Shown here piece by piece: positions 33,869 to 45,483 of a stretch of 64,000 nt of DNA. The DNA is from Hormoscilla sp. (GTDB lineage: Bacteria; Cyanobacteriota; Cyanobacteriia; Cyanobacteriales; Desertifilaceae): assembly GCA_051439505.1 (NCBI GenBank), contig JBFRWI010000002.1:53595-117594 (forward strand), written 5' to 3'. The translations under genes were made by a program, and so were the position numbers. The notes beneath the pieces are model-generated. The model ran no database searches. It was not told the DNA's origin and saw nothing but the letters and a program-made list of their open reading frames with translations. Position 1 is the first letter of the stretch. Each line of letters starts with the position of its first letter.

Positions 33869-34447
33869 ATGGTATATTTACAATCGCCTCTGGAATTAGA
33901 ACTGCAACTCACGGACGAGCAATTTTTTGAGCTTTGTCAAAAGCATCGTAATTTGAAATTTGAGCGCAATGCAACTGGAGATTTAATCATTATGTCACCA
34001 ACTGGAGGAATAACTAGCGATCGCAACTCGGATATTAATTTTCAACTCAGGGCCTGGAATCGCGATCGAAAGCTGGGAAAAGTTTTTGAATCATCCGGCG
34101 GATTTAAGTTACCCAATGGGGCCGATCGCTCTCTCGATGCTTCTTGGGTGAAACTGCAACGCTGGAATGCTTTAACATTAGAACAGCAGGCCAAATTAGT
34201 ACCCTTATGCCCTGATTTTGTGGTGGAATTGCGCTCTCCTTCCGATGCCTTAAGTAAGGTGCAGCAAAAGATGAATGAATACATAGAAAATGGGGCAGAA
34301 TTGGGATGGTTGATAGACCCCAAACGGCAAGTCGTGGAGGTTTATAGGCCCTCACAGGATGCGGAAGTGTTGCAGTCGCCCAAGACTGTATCGGGAGAAG
34401 CGGTACTACCGGGCTTTGTTTTGGACTTGACGGAAATTTTCTCTTAG
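33869..34447 (+). CDS. Uma2/DUF820 family endonuclease
   Basis: FERNATGDLIIMSP, CPDFVVELRSPSD, LGWLIDP. Confidence 0.92.
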   Translation: MVYLQSPLELELQLTDEQFFELCQKHRNLKFERNATGDLIIMSPTGGITSDRNSDINFQLRAWNRDRKLGKVFESSGGFKLPNGADRSLDASWVKLQRWNALTLEQQAKLVPLCPDFVVELRSPSDALSKVQQKMNEYIENGAELGWLIDPKRQVVEVYRPSQDAEVLQSPKTVSGEAVLPGFVLDLTEIFS

Positions 34448-34551
34448 GCGATCTGAAGAAAGTTGCCCGGTTTTCGAGATATATTTATCTCCCGATCGAG
34501 CGGAGAACGATAGTTTGAATTCTGTTATTGCTTTGCTTTCCAATCTGGCAA

Positions 34552-34777
34552 GGGGTCTTGTCTGGACCCCTACTTGTTCCCAACCACAACGGCATGTTAT
34601 GCTAAGATTAGCAGCTAAGCCATGTTCATGTTTGCGCGACTTATATCAACAAGTTATTCTATAATTACAAGAAATTAAGGCATCGGAACCAAACGGAACC
34701 GGTGCCGAGGAGACAAACTGTACAGTACCGGTGATACCTGTATAATTCACTTACCCTTGACAAGCAATGAAGATAAA
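34552..34777 (+). repeat. 39-bp core (34552-34590) plus arm C; direct repeat of 38776-39009
   Basis: Near-identical to 38776-39009 apart from a few substitutions and an 8-nt indel. Confidence 0.92.
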
Positions 34778-34841
34778 TATGATGTTGATGAATAAATCAA
34801 GTTAAAATAGTATTGTACTCTCGCATTGCTGTCCAGGAACT

Positions 34842-35909
34842 ATGAAAGCAGAGCTTGTTAAGAGGTTGTTTAGGGCGATCGCTAGTGGAGACCAAGAGGC
34901 GATCGACAAACTCACGTACATAGTAATTTCAGAAGAGCGTAAGAAGGGACACACATTGTTAGCCGATCAGTTAGAAAATATTACTAAGCACCAGTCAAAG
35001 TCAAATGGTTCCCAAAGGGTACCACAGACAGAGCGATCGCTGCGGGAAAAATCGGATAAAAGCGCCTGTAGCACGACTAAACCTGCGATGGAAGAACAGG
35101 CGTTCCCGCCTATTCTACAGGATCTAAGCACCCTGCCAACAAATAAGCGATTTGATTTTCCTCTAATTACGATCGTACCTCCAGAGAAATTACGGCATCA
35201 TATGGTGCTGCCGGAGAAAATTGAGAAACGTTTCCGGCGAATTGAACGGGAGTATGCTGCCAGAGATAGGTTAGCTCATTATGGCTTGCGCTACAGACAA
35301 AAAATTCTTTTGTACGGTCCTCCGGGCTGTGGTAAAACCTTAGGAGCTGAACGTTTAGCTTGGCACACCGGTTTACCGATGGTCAAGGTGCGATTTGATG
35401 CCATAGTGTCGTCTTTTTTGGGGGAGACGGCAAGTAATTTGAGCGTCGTGTTTGAAAAAGTGGACAAGATGGACTGCTTGTTGTTTCTGGATGAATGTGA
35501 CTCCCTGGCTAAGTCACGGTCAGACCCCCAGGAAGTTGGTGAAATTAAGCGTGTGGTGAATACTTTTCTGCAACTACTTGACGATTACTCCCCATCTTCT
35601 GGTATGATAGTGGCAGCCACTAACCTCAACGAGTCCCTCGATCGGGCTCTGTGGAGGCGATTTGATGATTTAATTGAAGTGCCACTACCGGGAGAGCAAG
35701 AACTGCGGTTGATTTTGTCAGAAAAATTCTCGACAGTGGAAGTAGGTGCGATCGACTGGTCGCGGATAATTGCGCAAATGAGTGGCTTCTCTGCTGCTCA
35801 AGCAGAAAAAGTAGCTCAAGATGCCGCGAAACGCGCTATTCTAGATCGAGAAGAACTCGTAATTCAGCCACATCTAGAAGAGGCGATCGCCGAAATCAAG
35901 GTTGTTTAG
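34842..35909 (+). CDS. ietA: AAA+ ATPase, IetA-like
   Basis: GPPGCGKT, LFLDECD, AATN, RRFD; N-terminal EERKKGHTLLADQL; directly upstream of an S8 protease. Confidence 0.8.
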   Translation: MKAELVKRLFRAIASGDQEAIDKLTYIVISEERKKGHTLLADQLENITKHQSKSNGSQRVPQTERSLREKSDKSACSTTKPAMEEQAFPPILQDLSTLPTNKRFDFPLITIVPPEKLRHHMVLPEKIEKRFRRIEREYAARDRLAHYGLRYRQKILLYGPPGCGKTLGAERLAWHTGLPMVKVRFDAIVSSFLGETASNLSVVFEKVDKMDCLLFLDECDSLAKSRSDPQEVGEIKRVVNTFLQLLDDYSPSSGMIVAATNLNESLDRALWRRFDDLIEVPLPGEQELRLILSEKFSTVEVGAIDWSRIIAQMSGFSAAQAEKVAQDAAKRAILDREELVIQPHLEEAIAEIKVV

Positions 35910-35930
35910 GAAAATTCCGAGGAGAATAAA

Positions 35931-38516
35931 ATGGTTGAACGTTATGAAATGTTTCCACATATTCAGCTTAGGCAGACAGCCGAGGGCACTGCTGTATCGA
36001 CCGGAGGATCGAGAAGGAAAAATTCTCGCACAGAGTGGAATAAGAGTAACCGAGGGGAACATGGCAGTAGGCTGAAGGGTGTCGCTGACTCTATAGTTGC
36101 TGACTGGGAAAATGTCCAAGATCAACGGCAAGAAGAAGGAAAACCCCTACTTGAAGCTAGGCGTCTTACCTTACTGACAGATCCTGAATCTTTCGATCCA
36201 GATAAGCTAAAAGCTTATGGCATTGAGGTAATTTTAGAATTAGAAAATGGGTATATAATCGGAGCGTCAGCAGATTTAGAACTGACTAAGTTGCAAGAAA
36301 AGATCGAGAAATTCATCAATGATGAGCGAGGAGGAGGTAATGTTGCTGAAGTTTGGGAGCTAATTGATGGAATTAAAAGCCCGGAGTTTATTCTGTCTCC
36401 TGAATTATGGGAGCATTGGGATAAAGTTAATGACGAACAGATATACAATATTGATGTAGGAATTGCCTGTTTAGGACTTCAATCTAAGCTTTCCGACCCT
36501 CCAGTTAGAGAACCAGATGAAAGTGATGATAAATACGCAAAAAGACTTAAAACATGGAGCGATAAACGCGATCTACAATATCAAGAGTGGGATGAACTAG
36601 CTATGGCAAGAGAAAATGAATTGGAAGAGTTGATCTCTAATTATAACGGAAATTTACTTAGTTTAGAGGAAGATCGGATTCCAGAGTCTGCCAAGTTACC
36701 AGATAGTTTTTCCTGTCGCATACAAATTTCAGGTAAGGGGTTAAAAGACTTAGTTTATAACTTTCCCTATATTTTTGATGTCAGCAAACCCGATCAGTTT
36801 GCCGAACTCGTGCAACCGCAAGGTTTATCTGATGGTGAAGACCCCTCTTTTCAGCTAGAACCACCTGGCCCAAATGCTCCCAAGGTCTGTGTTATTGATA
36901 GTGGGATTCAGGAAAGACATCCTCTTCTGAAAGCAGCAATTGATTCAGAGAACTCACGATCTTGGTTGCCTGGAAATCAACAAACTGCTGATTATGTTGA
37001 AAATGGTGGACATGGAACCAGGGTCGCTGGGGCGGTACTTTATCCTCGGACTATACCTCGGAGTGGGAAGCAACCAGCTATTTGCTGGATTCAAAATGCG
37101 AGAGTCCTTAATGATAACTGCAAACTACCTGAAAATCTATTTCCCCCTAATATGTTGGGGGAGATTGTAGAGTTATATAAAGGAACGAGAATATTTAATC
37201 ATTCTATTACCGGAGCGCTTCCATGTCGCACCCAATACATGAGTGCTTGGGCAGCGGCGATCGATCAACTGACGTGGCAAAAGGATATTCTCTTGATTGT
37301 GGCGGCTGGTAACTTGCCTTTATACAGTAGAATTGGTCCAACCCGATTATCTATTCCAGAACATCTGGCAGCAAATCGACCTTATCCAGATTATCTTTTA
37401 AAGGCAGGGTGCCGAATTGCGAACCCGGCACAAAGTTTCCAAGCTTTAACGGTGGGATCGATTGCTCATAATTCTTATTATGCCCGGCCTTATTCTTCAA
37501 TAGCGCAGAAAGATATGCCTTCAGCCTTCTCCTGCTCGGGATTGGGAATTTGGGATACGATCAAGCCAGAAGTTGTTGAATATGGGGGCGATCTGGTAAA
37601 GGATGAGAGTGTACCACCTAACCTTACTTACCATGAAAGCATTTGTCCTGAATTAGTGCGATCGACATTAAACGGTGGTCATGCAATTGCCTCGGACCAA
37701 GTAGGAACCTCATTTGCAGCGCCAAAAGTCAGCCATATTGCAGCTCGTCTCGCCTCTGAGTTACCTGATGAAAGTTGTCTTTTGTACCGCGCCTTAATAG
37801 TTCAGTCAGCACGCTGGCCAGAATGGACAATGGCAGATAATGTGGATCAACTGCATGTATTGCGTCAAATAGGTTATGGTATTCCCAATATTGAACGCTG
37901 TTTAGCCAATTATTCCAATCGGATCACGATGATTACTACAGGAGAACGCCGAATTAAAGCTCGACAAGCTCAGATTTACGAAGTAAAACTACCTAATTCA
38001 TTGCGTTCTCAAGGAGATGAGTTAGAGATTTTAGTGGAAGTTACCCTGTCATACAAAGCTCAACCCCGTCGAACCAGACGACATCGACGCAAATATCTTT
38101 CAACTTGGCTTGACTGGGATTGTAGCAAGAGAGGAGAAGACCCCGAAAGCTTTCTTTCCCGACTTTTGCAAGAACATGACGCCCCAGAAAATGCGGATCC
38201 AGGAGAAAGTATTTTCAAGTGGACCCTGGGAAAGCAAAAGAATTACGGAATAATTAAAGATGTTTCTCGGGGTGCAGGAACTATTCAGAAGGATTGGACT
38301 GTTGTCAAGTCATTTGAACTGCGAGAATCTTTCTGCATTGCAGTGGTTGGACATCAAGGTTGGAACAACGATCCGGATGCTAGCGTTCCCTATTCTCTAG
38401 TTGTTAGCTTTGAAGCGATCCAAGCTAATGTACCAATTTATCAGGAAATATCCTCAGCTCAAGTACAGATGGAAGTTGTCGATCGGGTAGAAATTAAATC
38501 CACAGGGAGGATATGA
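35931..38516 (+). CDS. ietS: S8 subtilisin-like serine peptidase, IetS-like
   Basis: Triad VIDSG / GHGTRVAG / GTSFAAP, oxyanion AAGN; no signal peptide. Confidence 0.8.
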   Translation: MVERYEMFPHIQLRQTAEGTAVSTGGSRRKNSRTEWNKSNRGEHGSRLKGVADSIVADWENVQDQRQEEGKPLLEARRLTLLTDPESFDPDKLKAYGIEVILELENGYIIGASADLELTKLQEKIEKFINDERGGGNVAEVWELIDGIKSPEFILSPELWEHWDKVNDEQIYNIDVGIACLGLQSKLSDPPVREPDESDDKYAKRLKTWSDKRDLQYQEWDELAMARENELEELISNYNGNLLSLEEDRIPESAKLPDSFSCRIQISGKGLKDLVYNFPYIFDVSKPDQFAELVQPQGLSDGEDPSFQLEPPGPNAPKVCVIDSGIQERHPLLKAAIDSENSRSWLPGNQQTADYVENGGHGTRVAGAVLYPRTIPRSGKQPAICWIQNARVLNDNCKLPENLFPPNMLGEIVELYKGTRIFNHSITGALPCRTQYMSAWAAAIDQLTWQKDILLIVAAGNLPLYSRIGPTRLSIPEHLAANRPYPDYLLKAGCRIANPAQSFQALTVGSIAHNSYYARPYSSIAQKDMPSAFSCSGLGIWDTIKPEVVEYGGDLVKDESVPPNLTYHESICPELVRSTLNGGHAIASDQVGTSFAAPKVSHIAARLASELPDESCLLYRALIVQSARWPEWTMADNVDQLHVLRQIGYGIPNIERCLANYSNRITMITTGERRIKARQAQIYEVKLPNSLRSQGDELEILVEVTLSYKAQPRRTRRHRRKYLSTWLDWDCSKRGEDPESFLSRLLQEHDAPENADPGESIFKWTLGKQKNYGIIKDVSRGAGTIQKDWTVVKSFELRESFCIAVVGHQGWNNDPDASVPYSLVVSFEAIQANVPIYQEISSAQVQMEVVDRVEIKSTGRI

Positions 38517-38712
38517 GGCGATCGCGCGCTCCGGTGCTGACTTAAGGCGCGAACTTGCATGACAGTTATAAACAGCGCTCAAAAACGGGCGATCGCTTCT
38601 AGATCATCGGTCAAGTAGAATAGAAACCGGGTTTCTCGTGATAGCAGCAACGAGAAATCAATGATTTTACCAGAGAAACCCGGTTTCTTGACCGACGTTC
38701 TCGCCATTGCCA

Positions 38713-39009
38713 GTTTTTCGACCTGCTCGCAATTTCAATATTGGATATTCTAGCATGAAAGCTGGGCCAGCGATCGGGGTCTTGCCTGGACCCAGACTTG
38801 CCCCCAACCACAACGGCATGTTATGCTAAGATTAGCAGCTAAGCCATGTTCATGTTTGCGCGACTTCTATCAACAAGTTATTCTATAATTACAAGAAATT
38901 AAGGCATCGGAACCAAACGGAACCGGTGCCGAGGAGATAAACTGTACAGTACCGGTGTCTACCTCATACCTGCATAATTCACTTACCCTTGACAAGCAAT
39001 GAAGATAAA
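38713..39009 (+). repeat. Composite junction: arm A (38713-38775), core (38776-38814), arm C (38815-39009)
   Basis: Left part repeats at 40383-40484; right part repeats at 34552-34777. Confidence 0.92.
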
Positions 39010-39025
39010 ATTTGAATTTTTTGAT

Positions 39026-40285
39026 ATGGATTCTCTCAAATTTATTCGCATCCGGCAAAATTGCAGTCAACCTGAGTTAACAGATATTCCCGATGCCATT
39101 AAAACGGGAATTCAACAGTTAGCCCCGGGAAAATTCATTCAACCAGGACAAACAGTCGCGATCGCAGTTGGCAGTCGAGGGATTGCCAATTTAGCCCAAA
39201 TTGTTCAGACCATTGGACATGAATTGATCGCTTTGGGGGCACATCCTTTTATTGTCCCAGCAATGGGGTCTCATGGAGGGGGAACAGCGGCAGGACAAGC
39301 GGCAGTTTTGGCGAGTTATGGCATTACAGAAGCGGCGATCGCGATTCCGGTTCGTTCATCAATGGATGTGGTCAAAATTGGCACTACTGATTTAGGCATT
39401 CCCGTGTTGTGCGATCGCCTTGCCAGTGAAGCCGATCGGCTAGTAATTGTCAATAGAATTAAGCCTCATACTCACTTTAGCGGGGAAATCGAAAGTGGGC
39501 TATTAAAAATGATGACCGTGGGGTTAGGAAAACATCGCGGTGCCCAGATTTATCATCGCGCTTTTCAACAATATTCTTATTACCAAATGATTCGCGATGT
39601 GGGCAAAGTCATTTTGGCAAAAATGCCGATCGCCTTTGGGGTGGCTATCTTAGAAAATAGCGCTCATCAAACCGCTGAAATTGCGATCGTTCCTGCCGCT
39701 GAGATTGAAACCCAAGAACCGCAACTATTAACAAAAGCCAAAGCCTGGTGTCCGCAACTTCCGTTTCCAGATAGCGATATTCTGATTATTGACGAAATAG
39801 GTAAAGATATTAGTGGGGCGGGTTTAGATCCGAATGTCACTGGACAAAAAGAAATTTTAATCGGCAAGCATCACCGCAAAAAAGTCAAACTCCCGAAAAT
39901 ATTTGTGCGTGATTTAACCCCCGCTACCGAAGGAAATGCCATTGGAGTCGGCTTGGCGGATTTTACCACCACCAGACTGGTGAATAAAATTAATTTTCAC
40001 AAAACCTATACCAATGCGATCGCAGCCCAAGATATCCGGGTGGCCAAAATTCCCATCCATTTCGAGAGCGATCGAGAAGTGTTAACCGCGATTTTTTCAT
40101 TATTAGGAATTGAAGAACCCCAACGGGCAAAGATGATCTGGATTAAAAATACCCTTGACTTGTCTGAAATCGAAGTTTCTCCGGCTTACCAGGATGCGAT
40201 CGGCTATTATCATGATTTATCTCCATTAACGGAACCTCGTAATATTCCCTTTGATGCTGATGGTAATTTACCAGATTTTTGCTAG
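39026..40285 (+). CDS. Lactate racemase (LarA)-like / DUF2088-DUF362 domain protein
   Basis: VAIAVGSRGI, PAMGSHGG, NRIKPHT, ESGLLKM..VGLGK; start moved to MDSLKF because the ATG at 38999 lies inside the repeat. Confidence 0.75.
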   Translation: MDSLKFIRIRQNCSQPELTDIPDAIKTGIQQLAPGKFIQPGQTVAIAVGSRGIANLAQIVQTIGHELIALGAHPFIVPAMGSHGGGTAAGQAAVLASYGITEAAIAIPVRSSMDVVKIGTTDLGIPVLCDRLASEADRLVIVNRIKPHTHFSGEIESGLLKMMTVGLGKHRGAQIYHRAFQQYSYYQMIRDVGKVILAKMPIAFGVAILENSAHQTAEIAIVPAAEIETQEPQLLTKAKAWCPQLPFPDSDILIIDEIGKDISGAGLDPNVTGQKEILIGKHHRKKVKLPKIFVRDLTPATEGNAIGVGLADFTTTRLVNKINFHKTYTNAIAAQDIRVAKIPIHFESDREVLTAIFSLLGIEEPQRAKMIWIKNTLDLSEIEVSPAYQDAIGYYHDLSPLTEPRNIPFDADGNLPDFC

Positions 40286-40382
40286 TATGGTCTCCTGCAC
40301 CCGATTAAAGACCCTCATCTCCCAACCAGTGAACAGAAAGAGACTTTTTCCACAGTGGGGGTAAATCCCAGCCATTGTACCG

Positions 40383-40484
40383 GTTTTTAGACCTGCTCGC
40401 AATTTCAATATTGGATATTCTAGCATGAAAGCTGGGCCAGCGATCGGGGTCTTGTCTCGACCCAGACTTGTCCCCAACCACAAC
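40383..40484 (+). repeat. Arm A plus 39-bp core; direct repeat of 38713-38814
   Basis: 102-bp near-identical direct repeat at offset 1670. Confidence 0.92.
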
Positions 40485-40500
40485 CACGGGGCACCCTCGA

Positions 40501-42390
40501 TTAACCATCTTCCTTAGCAGGCATGATTTGCTTGGCCGCTGGTTTATATGAGGGTTGGAGGGCCGGATCGTATGTACCTTTGACATAATTAATCTTGAAT
40601 TCTTCCAGCCAATCAACTAACAGGGCTTCAATTTCGTCGATCGTCTCCCCCTGCTGGAGTTCCGATCGCAGGGTGTTAATTAAATTCCCCACTAACCGTT
40701 CTTTGAGTTTATCTGCTGCGGGGTCTGGTATTTTGGTTTGACTGCCGATGTAGGCTTTCTGGGGACTCTGGGCGATCGCCTTAGAAATTTGCCCGACCAA
40801 ATTATCAGCAATTTGGTTAGGCAAGCGCCCTAACAGGGGCAGACGCTGAAGTTGCTTATAGATGGCTGTCTGGTGCATCGCTTTTTTCACCTGATACTCA
40901 AGGAAGGCTTGCAAATCTGCATGGACTTCGGGAAGCACTTTGCAAGTAGTGATTTGCAGCAGACGACTAGAGATCGCCTGCATTTCATCAGTATCGTTAA
41001 TATCTATATAGCTTCGCTTGGGTTTCTGGTCGCGCTTCAGGACTGCCCGCTTGATGCTACCACTCCTGACAGACCCCTGGAGTTGGTCTATACCTCGACT
41101 AATCACAGTTTGGGTGATTTCTTGAGCGTAATTAGCAATCAAGCCCACTCCGATGCGGTTTCTAATTTGCTCCAGACTGGGCAATTTCGCTCGTTCCAGA
41201 CGAATCACTGCTGTGATTATCCGCAGTAATGGCACCCAAGGTTGTAGCAAAAATAGATCGTACCAGCGCTGTTTCATTGCCGACCACCAACTTATATGGC
41301 TGCGGCGCGCGATCGCCCCCGTCCGCAGCAGGAACCATACCCAAAACAGCACGAGCCAAGGCAAGTCAAGCAGCCAAAATCTATCGATATATTCGTTATT
41401 GTATCCCATATGGCGATAGTAAATCTGGCGCATTAACCCCTGAATCTCCCGTTCAAAAAACGCCAACTCTTTTTGCCATCCTGCTGTCTCCAAGTTCTTG
41501 CGAGTCCAAAAGCTATTAAATGCTTGTTTAGATGATTTTTCTGCCCAGAGTACTTCCGGAGCCAGATATTCTAATACACCCAAGGAGTCTAGCAATTCGA
41601 TGCGCTCGGTTAATTTGACCTCGCTCTTGGGTTCGCGCTCGTAGATATGTTGCTTCATCCGGTCTTTGATCAGTGACATTGTACCAGTCTGTTGGGATAA
41701 CTGAAAATAATCACTGTCAAGCAGTTTGTTGCTGCGATCGCGCAGTTCCTGAAGCAAAGTATCTACCTCGGGATCTGACATTCCCTGTTCTGCTAATATT
41801 GCTTTCAGCTTGGCTACTTTTTTGAGATATCCTGTTGTATCGCGATAGGGTTCAATCCCCTTAATAAAATCATAGTTTAAACCGGGCTCGTTAAACAAGA
41901 ACAAAAAGCGAATTTCCCGATTAAAGAAAGCTAACTGACTCTGCCATCCTTTGGCTACTAAATACTCCCGACTCCAAAAAATCTCTACAGCTTGTTTAGC
42001 ATCTTCTGTGCCAACCGAAGATGCGAACTTTTGTCTGATTGTTGCTAAACTTCCCTTGCTGTCTGTCACTTCAAATGGAGGATCCTCGAACAATATCTCG
42101 ATGCTTTTTTGGCGCAACTCCTGTAGTAATACTTCCACTTTTGGCAATTGTAAGCCACCTTTTTTTAACTCCTGTTCTAGGGCGGCTACCGTTTTCACAT
42201 AGTCCTTTTGGCGAGTCTGACGCGATCGAGTCCAGTAGCTTTGGGCCCGCAGATAAACTGGACGGGCTTTCACATAAGTGAGGTCAAACACCACTAAGCC
42301 TACATTGACTAAGATTACCAGTGCCATGACCCGATCGACTAACAGTCCTAAGCGCGATCTTTTGGGGGAAGTTGATTTTTCTAATGACAT
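40501..42390 (-). CDS. Hypothetical membrane protein
   Basis: 629-aa ORF, N-terminal TM, RWYDLFLLQP segment, internal repeat (FW.R..L...GWQ..LAFF.REI twice). Confidence 0.75.
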   Translation of the reverse strand: MSLEKSTSPKRSRLGLLVDRVMALVILVNVGLVVFDLTYVKARPVYLRAQSYWTRSRQTRQKDYVKTVAALEQELKKGGLQLPKVEVLLQELRQKSIEILFEDPPFEVTDSKGSLATIRQKFASSVGTEDAKQAVEIFWSREYLVAKGWQSQLAFFNREIRFLFLFNEPGLNYDFIKGIEPYRDTTGYLKKVAKLKAILAEQGMSDPEVDTLLQELRDRSNKLLDSDYFQLSQQTGTMSLIKDRMKQHIYEREPKSEVKLTERIELLDSLGVLEYLAPEVLWAEKSSKQAFNSFWTRKNLETAGWQKELAFFEREIQGLMRQIYYRHMGYNNEYIDRFWLLDLPWLVLFWVWFLLRTGAIARRSHISWWSAMKQRWYDLFLLQPWVPLLRIITAVIRLERAKLPSLEQIRNRIGVGLIANYAQEITQTVISRGIDQLQGSVRSGSIKRAVLKRDQKPKRSYIDINDTDEMQAISSRLLQITTCKVLPEVHADLQAFLEYQVKKAMHQTAIYKQLQRLPLLGRLPNQIADNLVGQISKAIAQSPQKAYIGSQTKIPDPAADKLKERLVGNLINTLRSELQQGETIDEIEALLVDWLEEFKINYVKGTYDPALQPSYKPAAKQIMPAKEDG

Positions 42391-42591
42391 GATTCCAAAT
42401 TTGTGCAGTATTTACAACAAAGCTAAGAGTCTTGGGATAAATCTCAACTGGAGACTGTACCATATATTTTTCCCTCTTTTTTATGATTATAGCATAGTAA
42501 TTCCGACAGGTAAAATCTTCGATCTCTACAGTCGGTTTTAACCGACTTGAGCTATTAGCCGGGGGTTTGAACCCCCGGCGGGCTACCGGAA

Positions 42592-44229
<1,638 letters not shown>

Positions 44230-44277
44230 TTAGCGGTGATGCAATACTGGGCGATGGGTGCGGCTCATTTGTAGTTG

Positions 44278-44362
44278 ATCCCGGGATCCCCCCCAAACCC
44301 CCCCTTGCGAAAGGGGGGGCTGTCTTCGCCCCCCTTTGATCGGGGGGTTTGGGGGGATCCGA
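44278..44362. repeat. GC-rich palindromic REP-like element
   Basis: GGATCCCCCCAAACCCCCC...GGGGGGTTTGGGGGGATCC. Confidence 0.75.
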
Positions 44363-44739
44363 CGACTGGGAGGGCCCGTGAACTATCAACGGGTTTTGAC
44401 CACACCCCTGGGCGATCGGCATTTCCAGGCGTGAGGCCGGGAAATGCTAACTGCCTGGAATTATCTTACCTGCACGGTAGAACGTCGAGCAAGTTGGCGT
44501 TCGGGTCGCGAGAGGACCAGAAACCGGGTTTCTGCGGTGATTTTCGCCTTGCCACCGAGATTTTCCCAGAAACCCGGTACGAGACTTCCACCCCGATCGC
44601 CTCCCGAGCGCGAGAGGACCAGAAACCGGGTTTCTGCCGATATTTTAGCTTTCCCACCGAGATTTTCCCAGAAACCCGGTTTCTCAAATTCCACGCCGAT
44701 CGCCCGCCTTTTATGGCAAACTCTGCGATCGCGCTCCGG

Positions 44740-45483
44740 TTAACCGATCGCCCGATCGAGCAAGGGAAGTGCCCAGGCGAGGATGACACTTATAGCTAAA
44801 CCCACAACTGCCTTGATACCATCTTTTAATATTATCTTCCCTGTTTCATTGAGCGATCGCTGCCCGAAGGCGATCGTCATGGCCAGTTCCCGTCCGGCCA
44901 ACAGTCCCAGAAACGCCCAGGTTGTACTCATGGGAATCTTGCTTAATTCCTTAAAAAAGAATAAAATTAACCCATAGATAAAATCCACAAATGTAGCAGA
45001 GCGAATATCCTGGGTATTAGTTTTGCTAGTGACTATTTTCTGGATTTCCCCGCCATTACGGTAGAAGATAATTCCGTGCAAAGCAAGCATCACCAACAGG
45101 GAAAATAACAGCCATGCTGCACTCATCTGCCTGGGCAGGTAGGCAAAGATATTTGCCAAATCCTGTATCAACCATTGACTCGACAGGAATGCCGTTGACA
45201 ACCACTGCAAAACCACCCAGTATAGCGGCGGTTCCGAGTTAGCGGTAGCCAGGAAATCCTTTTCCAATTTTTTTGTTAACCCCTTGTAAACAATAATCCC
45301 GACTAGACATGCTACTACATAACCCAGCAGTGATTTGAGTAGCATACTGTCTAATGCTTGGGGGGCAAAAACTGTTAAGATGAGGAAAGTCGTGCTGACG
45401 GGAATTCCGAAATTAGTTAACAGCAAAAGCACCAGAGGCGGAACTAGATAAATCCAGGTAAAGGGTGTCGGAAAGGGAATAAG
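44740..45483 (-). pseudogene. 5'-truncated duplicate of the membrane-protein gene 47429-48376
   Basis: 744 bp nearly identical to 47429-48172; first ~68 codons missing, with a REP repeat in their place. Confidence 0.85.

Noticed and set aside
33684..34551. Uma2 gene as a third cassette of the core/arm array
   Set aside because: No arm C or core upstream of it; only a short ambiguous match (TTGCCCGGTTTTCGA, ~34463-34477) to the arm A edge.
34552..34777. Retron msr-msd or tRNA as the identity of the repeat
   Set aside because: No reverse transcriptase in the window, and no cloverleaf or T-loop motif is visible.
38611..39070. 66-aa ORFs here and the similar ORFs at 40268-40616
   Set aside because: Their similarity just reflects the arm A/core/arm C DNA repeats; reading frames are not conserved beyond the repeat.
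44275..44799. Several overlapping ORFs of 77-174 aa
   Set aside because: They are translations of palindromic and tandem repeats (QKPGF/ETRF motifs).
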